Made by a program: the position numbers and the translations under genes. The notes beneath the pieces were generated by a model. It saw only the letters and a program-made list of their open reading frames with translations. It searched no databases and was not told the origin of the DNA. A stretch of DNA of 64,000 bases, from positions 18,135-82,134 of the forward strand of contig JBDKSM010000138.1 of assembly GCA_039680665.1 (NCBI GenBank), given 5' to 3'. Source of the DNA: Syntrophaceae bacterium (GTDB lineage Bacteria > Desulfobacterota > Desulfomonilia > UBA1062). Of this stretch, positions 1-9,915 are shown piece by piece. Every line of letters starts with the position of its first letter. Within the stretch, counting starts at the first letter, position 1.

Positions 1-766
1 ACTCTACCCCATGGCCTGCGACTTGGGCGTCAAGTTCGAATTTGGTTCGCCCTTGAAGAAAGAAAACCTCTCCTCCCTGGCGCCGGGCACCATCATTGCC
101 TGCGGCCTGACGCCCCAGGTCTATGATATGCTGAATATCCCCTACCGCACATGGTACGGCTGGATCTCGCGTGGTGAGATCGGTTTTGACGGCCGTTCCT
201 GGATCTGGTTTGACGAAGGTATCACCGAATACGGCTATTTAAGCTCGGTTAACGATTACTATTTCGACCTGCTGTTTTCCATCAGACCGGTCTCCAAGGA
301 GACCTTGGAGCGCTATAAGGAGTCCATCAAGCGCCATCAGGGTGTGGAGCACGACAACTGGCAGTACGCCACCGGAGCGGTGCCGGTGGCCGACCCGAGC
401 AACCCGCAGCTCGTGCGGGGCGGCAACATCTACTGCGGCACGATCAGCGGGTTCATGGACCCCATGGGCTGGTTCGGGATCACGGGCGCCATTATCTCCG
501 GCAAGATCGCGGCCATGGCCGTGAGTGATATGAACGCTGCCCAGCGTGAGTTCGCCCGCTTCTCCGTACATTTCAAGCGCGCGCTGTATATCAAAAACTA
601 CCTCTGGTATCCCTTCATCCGGCCCAACGTGACCGGGATGGAAAAGGCCGTCAATCTGATCGGATCAAAACGCCTTGAGAAAATTCTGGGAGCGATTATT
701 CGAGAGGATCGACACATTCCCCTGTTCGCCATCCCGGGCTTCGCCCATATCGGCAGCTGCTATTAA
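1..766 (+). CDS. FAD-dependent oxidoreductase, geranylgeranyl-reductase-like; 5'-truncated at window edge
   Basis: Reading frame open to nt 1. C-terminal FAD-binding-type segment (GNIYCGTISGFMDPMGWFGITGAI). Stop at 764-766. Confidence 0.5.
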   Translation, partial: LYPMACDLGVKFEFGSPLKKENLSSLAPGTIIACGLTPQVYDMLNIPYRTWYGWISRGEIGFDGRSWIWFDEGITEYGYLSSVNDYYFDLLFSIRPVSKETLERYKESIKRHQGVEHDNWQYATGAVPVADPSNPQLVRGGNIYCGTISGFMDPMGWFGITGAIISGKIAAMAVSDMNAAQREFARFSVHFKRALYIKNYLWYPFIRPNVTGMEKAVNLIGSKRLEKILGAIIREDRHIPLFAIPGFAHIGSCY

Positions 767-794
767 ACAACACCTCATTAAAGGAGAAGAAGGC

Positions 795-1532
795 ATGAAA
801 AGATGCAGCGTGATTATCGGTTCGGTCCTGGTTTTACTGCTGTGCTCCTCGTCACTGATGGCAGGGGAAGAGGGCAAGGTGGGGCCCTGGGAGAAGATCA
901 ATGAAAAAGACGGCATCATGGTTTACGCGCGCACCAACTCGCGCGTACCCTTGAAGGAAGTCCGTTGCGTGGGCGTGATCAACAGCTCGGCCGCGAACAT
1001 AGAGAATATGATGCGCGACTGGGACGCCTACAAGAAGATCCTCTTCATGTCCAAGAAGGCCGAATCGGCCGCGATGCCCTTCTGTAAAGCCAGCCCCGAT
1101 ACCTACTGCGCCTATCTGCTGCAGGGGGCGCCCTGGCCGGTTGAGGACCGCGACGGTTACGGCAGCCTGGATTTCTATGTCCATAAGCCGACCAATGAGG
1201 TGCTCGTCAAAGTCACGGTGGGGGAAAATACGATGCCGCTCACCAAGGGTGTAACCCGCGTTCCGTTCTGCGAGATGGAGTGGATGATCAAACCGATCGA
1301 TGCCGCGCATTGCCAGGTAATCTACCAGAACATGCTCCTGCCGGGCGGCGCCGTCGACAAGCTCCCGGCGCCGGTTATCAATTATGTCATGAAGTACTTC
1401 GGCGTCTTTACCTTCCAGAATATCCGTAAGCTGGCCAAAGAGGATAAATACCAGCACGCCAAGGGCTATATCACGCAACGGGAATGGCCCGAGGAGCTGC
1501 GCTGCTATGCTGAAGAAGTCAAAACAAAATAA
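795..1532 (+). CDS. secreted START/SRPBCC-like lipid-binding domain protein
   Basis: AAGGAG RBS precedes ATG 795. N-terminal signal peptide (MKRCSVIIGSVLVLLLCSSSLMA). START-like fold signature by eye. The listed ORF start 675 overlaps the upstream gene, so start 795 is preferred. Confidence 0.5.
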   Translation: MKRCSVIIGSVLVLLLCSSSLMAGEEGKVGPWEKINEKDGIMVYARTNSRVPLKEVRCVGVINSSAANIENMMRDWDAYKKILFMSKKAESAAMPFCKASPDTYCAYLLQGAPWPVEDRDGYGSLDFYVHKPTNEVLVKVTVGENTMPLTKGVTRVPFCEMEWMIKPIDAAHCQVIYQNMLLPGGAVDKLPAPVINYVMKYFGVFTFQNIRKLAKEDKYQHAKGYITQREWPEELRCYAEEVKTK

Positions 1533-1559
1533 CTACTATAACGGATAAGGAGCGAAAAT

Positions 1560-3041
1560 ATGAAAGCATTGATCATGGGTGGTGGAATGTCGGGTTTGGC
1601 TACGGCCGTCAATCTCCTGGAACAGGGCTTTGAGGTGGAGATCATCGAGGCGGATGAGATCTTCGGTGGCCGCGCCAATTCATGGCTGGATGAAGACGGG
1701 GATATGATCGACAATGCCCTGCACGTCTTCTTCCCCTACTATGTCAACCTGATGGCATTTTTCAAGAAGATGGGCATTGAGAAAAACCTGCTTTGGAAAC
1801 AGCCGGAATTCTATTATGCCCAGGACAACGGCAATCAGCCGGTGCTGGGCTTCAAGAATCTGCCGGCGCCGTTGCATGCCGCCGGCGCGACCTTTGGACT
1901 GGTGGGCAAATATCAGGGCATCCCCAAGTGGAAGATGCTTATGGCCCTTATTCCGTTCGCTTCGGTGGTCATGAAGTCCAAGCAGGAAATGGATAAGCTG
2001 GATGACATGTCCTGGGGCGAGTGGTGCATCCGGCATGCGCCCAAGGGCGCCTTCAAGTTCTTCGATCCGGCCGCGCATGGGCTCACCTTCACCGAACCCT
2101 ATGCGCTCTCGGCCAAGGTCATGGGCAACTGGGCCGCCAAGGTCGGGGCCGGTTATGAATATTCCCGTCTGGCCTTTGCCAACGGGGGCTTGGGCGAAAT
2201 TTGGGTCGGCAGCTGCCTGGACTACATCAAGAAGAAGGGCGGCAGATTCGAGACCAAGAAGGCGGTCACGGTCATCAACGTCGAGGACGGCAAGATCACC
2301 GAGGTTATCGTGAACGGCAAGGAAAAGCGTACCGCCGATATCTACGTCTCGGCCATGAGCCCGTACGCGCTGCGCAAGCTCATCCCCCAATCAAGCTTCA
2401 AGTACTCCTATTTCCAGGATATCTGCTACTTCGAGAATTCTCCCTCCCTGTCCATCCAGATCTGGTTCGACAAGAAGCTCACGGACGTGGATGTAACCTT
2501 TTTCTCCACCGACTGCATCTTCAACACGTATGCGGACCTGTCCAATGTCCTGCCGCATATCTTCAAGGGCGGCAGCATGATGGAGATGGTCATCTCGCCG
2601 GCCGACGCCGTTCGGCACATGCCCGACGAGGTCATTTATGACAAGACCATTGCCGACATCAAGCGCCTCTTCCCCGCGGCGCGGGACGCCAAGGTCAAGA
2701 AGTACAAGGTGGTGCGCGAGCGCCAGGGTGTCTATCGCCCCTACCCGGGTATGGAGAAGCACCGGCCTTATCAGCGTTCGCCCTATGCCAACTTCTACCT
2801 TACGGGCGACTGGACCAAGACGCATGTCAGTTCCGGCGGCATGGAAGCGGCTATCTGGACCGCCAACCACTGCTCCGAGCTGATCCTTGAGGACAAGCTC
2901 AAGAAGACGGTCAAGCTCAATACCGAGTTCAATCCATCGGCCGGTCTGGTTCCGCTCATGAAGGCCGCGCAGCCCCTCGCGCTTGTCGGAATGGCTATCG
3001 CGGGGCTCAAGATGCTTAAACGGTTGATAGCTTCCCGTTAG
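1560..3041 (+). CDS. FAD-dependent oxidoreductase, phytoene-desaturase/amine-oxidase superfamily (HpnE/CrtI-like)
   Basis: N-terminal Rossmann dinucleotide motif (MKALIMGGGMSGLATA...EADEIFGGRA). 493 aa. AAGGAG RBS. Confidence 0.7.
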   Translation: MKALIMGGGMSGLATAVNLLEQGFEVEIIEADEIFGGRANSWLDEDGDMIDNALHVFFPYYVNLMAFFKKMGIEKNLLWKQPEFYYAQDNGNQPVLGFKNLPAPLHAAGATFGLVGKYQGIPKWKMLMALIPFASVVMKSKQEMDKLDDMSWGEWCIRHAPKGAFKFFDPAAHGLTFTEPYALSAKVMGNWAAKVGAGYEYSRLAFANGGLGEIWVGSCLDYIKKKGGRFETKKAVTVINVEDGKITEVIVNGKEKRTADIYVSAMSPYALRKLIPQSSFKYSYFQDICYFENSPSLSIQIWFDKKLTDVDVTFFSTDCIFNTYADLSNVLPHIFKGGSMMEMVISPADAVRHMPDEVIYDKTIADIKRLFPAARDAKVKKYKVVRERQGVYRPYPGMEKHRPYQRSPYANFYLTGDWTKTHVSSGGMEAAIWTANHCSELILEDKLKKTVKLNTEFNPSAGLVPLMKAAQPLALVGMAIAGLKMLKRLIASR

Positions 3042-3066
3042 GGAGGGATTTTCCCACTTCATGGAA

Positions 3067-3092
3067 GGGGGCAGATCATTTGCCCCCTTTTC
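3067..3092 (+). terminator. rho-independent terminator
   Basis: GGGGGCA-7 nt loop-TGCCCCC stem followed by TTTTC, 25 nt after the stop of the 1560-3041 gene. Confidence 0.6.
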
Positions 3093-3183
3093 ATCTGATG
3101 GATACCTCCAAGGTGTCTGTACAAATTGCCACCGCCAATGGTAAGATCGGCAACCATGATCAAACATCAGGAATGGAGAAGCG

Positions 3184-3786
3184 TTGAAAGAATATAAAAA
3201 AAAACGTTTTAAGCCGGAGATTCGCAGGGCGCAGATCGTTGAAGCGACCAAGGAATTGATCCTTGAAAGAGGACTGGCCTGGGCTTCGGTGATCAGGATA
3301 TCCAAAGCCTTGGGTATAAGCCAGGCGACGCTCTATTACCATTTCAAGAGTCGGCGTGAGATCCTGCTGGAGACCTTGTCATCGATTGTCAATGAGAGCA
3401 TCCTTAAGGTTTTGCCGGTGCGACCGGCTGAAAATGCCGAAGATTTCATACGACAGGCCGCGCGCAGCGTTTATGAATTGACGCTGGCCGATCCCCGGCT
3501 TTCGCGCTTGATTTTCGAGTTCGTCTGCGCGCCGCCCACCGAAGATTTGCGTGAAGAGATACAGCTGATATTCTCAAGCTCCATCGGTATGATCGAAGAG
3601 GCCGTCCGGCAAGGTATCCGCGAGGGGCTCTTCAAAGACGATCTCGATGTGACCGTGGTGGCATGGGAGATCGCCTCCCTGGGTATTGCGCTGAATATCG
3701 GCATCATGGTGGAAATGCCCAACTTCCTCTCCATGGAACAGGCCCTGAGCGCCGTCGAACGGATACTTCAAGCCATAAAAAGATAA
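3184..3786 (+). CDS. TetR/AcrR family transcriptional regulator (TTG start)
   Basis: N-terminal TetR HTH (AQIVEATKELILERGLAWASVIRISKALGISQATLYYHF). About 200 aa. Confidence 0.8.
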   Translation: MKEYKKKRFKPEIRRAQIVEATKELILERGLAWASVIRISKALGISQATLYYHFKSRREILLETLSSIVNESILKVLPVRPAENAEDFIRQAARSVYELTLADPRLSRLIFEFVCAPPTEDLREEIQLIFSSSIGMIEEAVRQGIREGLFKDDLDVTVVAWEIASLGIALNIGIMVEMPNFLSMEQALSAVERILQAIKR

Positions 3787-3894
3787 GGGCATGGGTGTGC
3801 CACGCTTCAGGTGATTGTTTGTCTAAGGACTTACCTTCGCGCCGCTACGCCAAAGGGCTGTGCGTTGGGGCCTGGCGCATGCGTCCGGAGAGCC

Positions 3895-5262
3895 TTAGGT
3901 AAGTTTTTTGTGCCGGTAGCGGAAGGTATGGTGGTTCATGCCAAGCAGCTTGGCGGCCTGGGTCTCATTGCCGTGAGCCAGGGACAGGGCGGTGTCGATG
4001 TAATAGCGCTGTATATCGGCTTCCAGTTGTTCCAGATCGACGCCGGCGCTGGTCAGGACCGGCAATTCCACCGGGCCTACAGTGCGTAAGCTCCCCTTGT
4101 CCAGGCGCAGATCCTGGGACTCAAGTTCGGGCCCGGCGCCGAGGAGCACCGCCCGTTCGATCACGTTTTTGAGCTCGCGCACGTTGCCGGGCCAGGGGTA
4201 TTCCAGCAACGTTTGGCGCGCCTGGGGGCTGATGCCGGTAAAGGTCTTGTGAAATTTCTTGCCGAACTCCAGCAGGAAGTAGGTGGCCAAGGGGATGATA
4301 TCCGCGGGACGTTCGCCCAATGAAGGCAGGCGCACCGTGATGACCCCTAAGCGGAAATAGAGGTCCTGGCGGAAGGTCCCCTCCTCGATCATGTGGGCGA
4401 TATCCTTGTTCGTGGCCGAAACCACCCGGGTCTTGATTGAAAGAGGCTTAGTGCCGCCCACGCGGTAGAACTCGCCGTTTTCCAAAAAGCGCAGAAGCTT
4501 GGCCTGGGCTTCCACACTCAAGTCGCCCACCTCGTCTAAGAGCAGGGTCCCACCCGCGGCCTCTTCGATGAGACCCTTTTTGCCGCTTGGCGCCGCCCCG
4601 CTGAAGGCCCCTTTTTCATATCCGAAGAGCTCGCTCTCGATCAGGTGCGGCGGTATGGCGGCGCAGTTGAGCGTAATGAAGGGGCCCCGGAAATTGGGGC
4701 TGCGGTAGTGGATGGCGCCGGCGATCAGCTCCTTGCCGGTCCCGGTCTCGCCGACGATGAGCACCGGTGTGTCCGGGCTTAAGGCGATCTTGGTAATGAA
4801 CTCCATGAGATCCTGTAGGGCTTGGCTTTCGGCGATGAAGCAGGGCTGGTTCTCCTCCAGGTAGGCCTGCTGCAGCGCCTGCACCTCCTTGCGCAGGCGG
4901 ATGGTCTCGAAGGCGCGCCGGATGGTCGCCTCCAGGGCGTCCATGACAATGGGTTTGACCACATAGTCATAGGCGCCTTGCTTCATGGCGGAGATCACGG
5001 TGGCGGTGTCCTCATAGGCCGTGATCATGATCACCAGACCTTCCGGAGAGAGTTTTTTCATGCGGCCCAGGGCCTCGATGCCGTTCATGCCCGGTAGGCC
5101 GATGTCGAGGAGCACCAGATCGGGTTGGCCTCTCTGTATGGCCGCCAACGCCGCTTCGGCCGTGGCGAAGCTCTTGACGATGTAGGCGTCTTCCAGGGCC
5201 ATGGTGATGCCCTCCCGGATGGTCTGCTCATCATCCACGATGTAGATCGTATAGCCTACCAT
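3895..5262 (-). CDS. sigma-54-dependent response regulator (NtrC family: receiver + AAA+ + Fis HTH)
   Basis: Receiver domain (IVDDE...LVLLDIGLPGMNG). Walker A (GETGTGKE). GAFSGA motif. C-terminal HTH. Confidence 0.9.
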   Translation of the reverse strand: MVGYTIYIVDDEQTIREGITMALEDAYIVKSFATAEAALAAIQRGQPDLVLLDIGLPGMNGIEALGRMKKLSPEGLVIMITAYEDTATVISAMKQGAYDYVVKPIVMDALEATIRRAFETIRLRKEVQALQQAYLEENQPCFIAESQALQDLMEFITKIALSPDTPVLIVGETGTGKELIAGAIHYRSPNFRGPFITLNCAAIPPHLIESELFGYEKGAFSGAAPSGKKGLIEEAAGGTLLLDEVGDLSVEAQAKLLRFLENGEFYRVGGTKPLSIKTRVVSATNKDIAHMIEEGTFRQDLYFRLGVITVRLPSLGERPADIIPLATYFLLEFGKKFHKTFTGISPQARQTLLEYPWPGNVRELKNVIERAVLLGAGPELESQDLRLDKGSLRTVGPVELPVLTSAGVDLEQLEADIQRYYIDTALSLAHGNETQAAKLLGMNHHTFRYRHKKLT

Positions 5263-6417
5263 CTAAGTCCTCCCATGCGCCCGCGGGAGCTCAATAATGA
5301 AATCCGCTCCGCCCAAGGTGCTTTCATCCATGCGCAGATAGCCCTTGTGATCCGAGATGATCCGATGGCACAGCGACAAGCCGATGCCGGTGGAATCTGA
5401 TTTGGTGGTATAAAAGGGGTCGAAGATCTTGCCTCTTAGGTGCGGCGGGATGCCGGGCCCGGAGTCCGCTACCCTCACCACCACGTGCCCGGGCTCGATG
5501 GACGAGCTGATCGTGATGTGTTTGTCGCCGCCTGAGCCCTGCATGGCTTCGGCGGCATTAGTGATCAGGTTCAGGAGCACCTGTTCGATCATCTGTGGAT
5601 CAAGGCGGCAGATGCCTTTGCCCGGCGCGAGGTTCGACGTGAGCACGATCCCGGCCTTGCGCAGCGTCACCGCGGCCAGCCTAATGGCGTCCTCGATCGG
5701 GGCATTGATGTTGCACAGAATGAACTTCGGCTCGCTGGGCTTGGAAAAATCCATGATGCGCCGAATGACGGCGTCGATCCTGAGCGAGGCCTCCTGTATA
5801 TTGGTGATGATGTCCGGTACCTTGTGCAGGCCCTGGCCCGAATCGAGGAGCTTTTTGAGCATGGTCAAATAGATGTTGATCCCGGAGAGGGGATTGCGTA
5901 TCTCATGCGCCAGTCCGGCGGCCATCCGGCCCAGCGAGGCCATTTTGTCCTCCATGGAGATCATCTGCTCTAGTTTGCGGGCCCTGGTGATATCAATCAT
6001 GTTGAGCAGCAGGGCCTCGCGTCCATGGTACTGGATGATGCATCCCCGGCTCTGAATCCATTTCATTTGCGAGGGCGCCCCCTCTTTTTCCCAGCTCATG
6101 TAACGGAAGTCCACATCCACGTTGCGGATCTCTTCATGCCAGGCCATCGCGTACTTTTCTCTCACACGCTCGATATCGTCCGGGTGTACGCGCTCGAAGG
6201 GCAGCGGCTTGCCCAACATCGGCATGCTGCCCGCGATGCGCTGCTGCTCGGGGTTGAGATACACCACGCGGTAGTCCTGGATAATGCAAATGCCGGTCAG
6301 AGAATTCTCCACCATGTCCTGAAAAGGTTTGATCTGTTCCCAATACTCACTATTTTCGCACTGGGTACAGTCAAGCACCTTTTTTCGGCCGGATTTCCTC
6401 GATTTTTCAGCGGCCAT
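5263..6417 (-). CDS. cytoplasmic PAS-domain sensor histidine kinase
   Basis: H-box (LAHEIRNPLSGI). HATPase N/G boxes. No TM segments. Immediately upstream of the NtrC-like gene (stop/start adjacent). Confidence 0.85.
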   Translation of the reverse strand: MAAEKSRKSGRKKVLDCTQCENSEYWEQIKPFQDMVENSLTGICIIQDYRVVYLNPEQQRIAGSMPMLGKPLPFERVHPDDIERVREKYAMAWHEEIRNVDVDFRYMSWEKEGAPSQMKWIQSRGCIIQYHGREALLLNMIDITRARKLEQMISMEDKMASLGRMAAGLAHEIRNPLSGINIYLTMLKKLLDSGQGLHKVPDIITNIQEASLRIDAVIRRIMDFSKPSEPKFILCNINAPIEDAIRLAAVTLRKAGIVLTSNLAPGKGICRLDPQMIEQVLLNLITNAAEAMQGSGGDKHITISSSIEPGHVVVRVADSGPGIPPHLRGKIFDPFYTTKSDSTGIGLSLCHRIISDHKGYLRMDESTLGGADFIIELPRAHGRT

Positions 6418-6698
6418 CCATATCTCCCGTAGTTATAGCGGTCTTGGCGCCTAGAAGTGGATCTAACACAATCCGCCACCTCCCGGCAAGCTTCACGAAG
6501 ATACTCTGGGCCGGGCTATGGTTGTTTGCGCCTACACTAACCATGGCGCTCAACCGCAGCGATAGGTATTTGAATTTTGAAAAATGCAGATCGAATATTT
6601 GCGAGATTTTACGTCATCCTCACCAGATTTGTTTTCTCCTATGGCTATTATATATCTTTGTTTATTGGTCTGATTTCGACATAGGGTCTCCCCTGGAA

Positions 6699-6719
6699 AG
6701 CCCTGGCATGGATGGTGCA
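6699..6719 (+). promoter_or_regulatory. sigma-54 (-24/-12) promoter candidate
   Basis: cTGGCATggatgGTGCA. GG at 6705-6706 and GC at 6717-6718 with canonical 12-nt spacing, about 70 nt upstream of ATG 6790. Divergent from the sigma-54 two-component system. Confidence 0.6.
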
Positions 6720-6789
6720 CTAAGGCATCCAAGCGAGGGATGAACAAAGGAACTCATACAAGAAAACAAAACTAGAGGAGGATTCAGCA

Positions 6790-8154
6790 ATGATCAAAGA
6801 CATCATGCTCTACAACGATTTCGATGCGCGCAAGGAATATGACGTCATCGTCGTCGGTTCCGGTCCGGCCGGCGCCACTGTCGCCAAAAAAATGGCCAGG
6901 GCAGGGAAAAGCGTCCTGATCCTGGAGCGTGGCATGGAGATCAATTGGATTAAGCAGAACTCAGTGGCCCAGGGCCTGCAGCTCAAGAACTGTGGCTTAA
7001 GTTTCAGCAAGGAATTCAACTTCGTCGGCATCGGCAACGCCTATGGCGGAGCCACCAATGTGTACTGCGGCACGGCCGTGGAACCGGCCTACGGCATGTT
7101 CGACGAGGTGGGCGTTGATTTGAGGGCGGACGCCAAGGAGCTGGCCGATGAAATGTGGGTCGTCAAGGCCCCAGACAATATGGTGGGAGAAGGCAATATT
7201 CGCCTGCGCGACGCCGCCCGCGACTGCGGCTACAATTGGGACAATATCCAAAAGCATATCAACATGGATATGTGCATTCCCAACTGCAGTGAATGCATGC
7301 TCTCCTGCGGTCGCGGCGCCAAGTGGACGGCCCGCATCCCGGCCGACGACGCCATCCGGCACGGCGGCACCGTGCTCTGCAACACGCGCGTCACTAATGT
7401 CATCGTAGAGAACGGCAAAGTGACAGGAGTCCAGGGGAAACGTTTCGGCATGAACTTCGAGGCCCATGGCAAGAGCGTGGTCCTTGCGGCGGGTGTCTCC
7501 GACGTGGGGATCCTGAGGAAAGCCGGCATCGACGGCGCCGGTCGCACCTTTGCCTGCGACTTCCTGGTATTTACCGGCGGCGTGGTGGACGGCGTGACCT
7601 CCTACCGCTGCATGGACATGGCCGTGGGCACTTTGGAAGATTGGAACGACGGCTTTATCATGACCGAGCTCGGGCCCACCTGGGCCATGCACGCCATGAT
7701 GCTGTCCCTGGCGCCACAGAAGATCATGAGCCTGCTCAGAACATTTAAATACACCTGGATCATGACCAAGGTTCAGGATCAGCTCGCCGGGGAAATCTAT
7801 CCGGACAACAAGGTTTTCGGTTTCTCCAAGCCGGTCATGCCCGAAGACCAGCGGCGTATGAAGGCGGGTGACCAGAAGGCGCGTAATATCCTGAAGAAGA
7901 TGAAGGCCGATAACATCGTCACCTTGCCCCATTGCGGCGCACACCCTTGCGCCACGGCCAAGATCGGCGATGTGGTGGACACCAACCTCGAGACCGAGGT
8001 GAAGAACCTCTATGTCTGCGACGCCAGCGTCTTCCCGCGCGCCATGGGTCTGCCGGTGGTATGGACCGTGGCCGCTTTGGGCAATCGCCTGGCCAAGCAT
8101 ATGGTTGCCACCGAAATCATGGGCGGCAAGGCCACCAAGGCAAAAAATAAATAA
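6790..8154 (+). CDS. GMC-family FAD oxidoreductase
   Basis: N-terminal DVIVVGSGPAGATVA Rossmann motif. C-terminal GMC signature region (HPCATAKIGDVVD...VCDASVFP). GAGGAGG RBS. Confidence 0.8.
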   Translation: MIKDIMLYNDFDARKEYDVIVVGSGPAGATVAKKMARAGKSVLILERGMEINWIKQNSVAQGLQLKNCGLSFSKEFNFVGIGNAYGGATNVYCGTAVEPAYGMFDEVGVDLRADAKELADEMWVVKAPDNMVGEGNIRLRDAARDCGYNWDNIQKHINMDMCIPNCSECMLSCGRGAKWTARIPADDAIRHGGTVLCNTRVTNVIVENGKVTGVQGKRFGMNFEAHGKSVVLAAGVSDVGILRKAGIDGAGRTFACDFLVFTGGVVDGVTSYRCMDMAVGTLEDWNDGFIMTELGPTWAMHAMMLSLAPQKIMSLLRTFKYTWIMTKVQDQLAGEIYPDNKVFGFSKPVMPEDQRRMKAGDQKARNILKKMKADNIVTLPHCGAHPCATAKIGDVVDTNLETEVKNLYVCDASVFPRAMGLPVVWTVAALGNRLAKHMVATEIMGGKATKAKNK

Positions 8155-8346
8155 CAGGGCCTTGAATGTACGGCTGGCGTCCATGCGGGCAAGGACGCAT
8201 GGACGCCAGTCCGCTGGCCACCGGCCTATAAACATCCGCACTTGAATTGAGGACAGGGGCGCGGGCTGCCGAGAATCACCGCTGTAGTGGATGCGGGTAT
8301 GGAGGTTCAATTCGCCCGTAATATTTTGAGGAGGGTTATTAATCCT

Positions 8347-9594
8347 ATGGGAAAGAGGATGCATTGGCGCTGTAAAAATAATAGGATAAGATTCGGAGTA
8401 TTGGTTTGCCTGGTTGGGGTTGCGATTCTGGCTTTGCAATCACCCGCGCTGGCATATGTTTATAAATGGAATGCCGAGCCCCCCATGCTCGCCAACGACC
8501 CGGAATGGAATAAAGTAAAGACCCTGTGGCGCAATCATGCCGGAGGCAAGAATCTGGACGAGATCATCGTCATTCTCACCAATCTCAAAAGCAAATATCC
8601 GGATAAAATCGAGGTCTACTTATGTTTGGCCAAGGCGTATAATCTACACGCCTGGTATTTCGGCAAGGACAAACGCGGATATTTCGAAAAAGGGGAGATG
8701 TGTGCCGTCCAGGCCTGTAAAATGCAGACTGCCAACCCATATGCCATCCGCGCACTCGTCGAGGCATTGGTATTTAACCGCGACAGGAACTATATCTTTT
8801 CCCATTACGGCGAGTATCTCAAATCCGTGGCGCCCATGCAAGAAGCCTACGGTGAGGTGCTGCCGGAGATGGCGCAATACCCGGAATGGAACGCCTTCCT
8901 GCCGCTTTGGCAGGCACGGATCGATATGGAAAAGGCCAAGGCCGCGGCGGCGCTGGCCGAAAAAATGGCCCAGGCCCACCCCCAGGATGCCTTGGCCCAA
9001 GTCTGGGCCGCGCGGGTGTACTATTACATCGGCGAGGTTAATACCTCACTGAAGGAGCATGATAAGAAGGCCATCCCCAATTACGAAAAAGGCATTGCCT
9101 ATGCCGGAAAAGCGTTGAAGCTCGATCCCCAATACGTGCCCGCGAATCACTGGTATGTGTTGAATCTGGCGCGGTCCATCCAGTTTACAAGTTTGATGAA
9201 CAAGGCACGCTATCTCATGGATCTCTTGCACCCCGCGCTTTTATGCGCCAGAGAGGATGTCGGTTACTTCTACTTCAATATATTGGACATCGTCGGCACC
9301 ATGATCACCTACGGCGGCTGGGTAACGGAGAAAGGCATGAAGATGGTTGGCATCAGCGTGGACATGATCACGAATGGCCTTGAGCTGGCCGAGATGCTTC
9401 ACCCGGATTACGATTACCTGCCATATTGCCACGCCGATGTTCTGGCTTACAAGGGCAAGAAGAAGGAGGCCATGGCGATACTCGAGAGGGTTCTGGCCCG
9501 CAATCCGGATATTAACAATCTGATCCCGGAGAATCATAACTATCAGCGCGAGGCCAGGATGCTTTATGAGGCCATACAGCAGGGCAAGCGTTAA
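8347..9594 (+). CDS. secreted hypothetical protein, TPR-like helical repeats
   Basis: Start chosen at ATG 8347 (GAGGAGGG RBS). Signal peptide (MGKRMHWRCKNNRIRFGVLVCLVGVAILALQSPALA). Helical-repeat composition. No recognisable catalytic motif. Confidence 0.5.
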   Translation: MGKRMHWRCKNNRIRFGVLVCLVGVAILALQSPALAYVYKWNAEPPMLANDPEWNKVKTLWRNHAGGKNLDEIIVILTNLKSKYPDKIEVYLCLAKAYNLHAWYFGKDKRGYFEKGEMCAVQACKMQTANPYAIRALVEALVFNRDRNYIFSHYGEYLKSVAPMQEAYGEVLPEMAQYPEWNAFLPLWQARIDMEKAKAAAALAEKMAQAHPQDALAQVWAARVYYYIGEVNTSLKEHDKKAIPNYEKGIAYAGKALKLDPQYVPANHWYVLNLARSIQFTSLMNKARYLMDLLHPALLCAREDVGYFYFNILDIVGTMITYGGWVTEKGMKMVGISVDMITNGLELAEMLHPDYDYLPYCHADVLAYKGKKKEAMAILERVLARNPDINNLIPENHNYQREARMLYEAIQQGKR

Positions 9595-9915
9595 TACGGA
9601 TGTCATAAGGAGAGTTTGCTGAATTGCTCAATCATCAGGGCCCGGATGCAACAGGCCGGTATGTCCGGTATGTTTGCTCTGGGCCTTGGTGGTATTTCGC
9701 TCAATCGGTCTTGATCTCTAGGAGTTGAACGAGAACTTTCTGTTTTCGATGATTCGTATGATGATAGGGCCGGGTCGTTGCTAGATGGATTTGAGTTTTT
9801 GGTAATTGCAATTTGCAATATTTCGATGATTCCCCCCCGCTCTTAAGGATTGCCGATCATGATTGCCCATAACCAATTAATATTTTGGAGTAAATATATT
9901 CCCATCTCCCGCACG

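Noticed and set aside
675-794. 5' extension of the START-domain ORF overlapping the preceding gene by 90 nt
   Set aside because: An internal ATG at 795 has an AAGGAG RBS and begins a signal peptide. The extension overlaps the upstream coding region.
6997-8439. 480-aa ORF antisense to the GMC oxidoreductase gene
   Set aside because: It lies entirely opposite a well-supported gene in GC-rich DNA. It has Arg/Ala/Gly/His-rich composition typical of antisense frames and no RBS or motif. The same reasoning applies to other long antisense ORFs: 852-1478, 1680-2390, 2391-3305, 10833-11513, 11804-12535, 15793-16560, 18350-19402, 20328-21086, 21188-21889, 26377-27075, 37285-38001, 46557-47621, 48980-50383 and 54271-55950.
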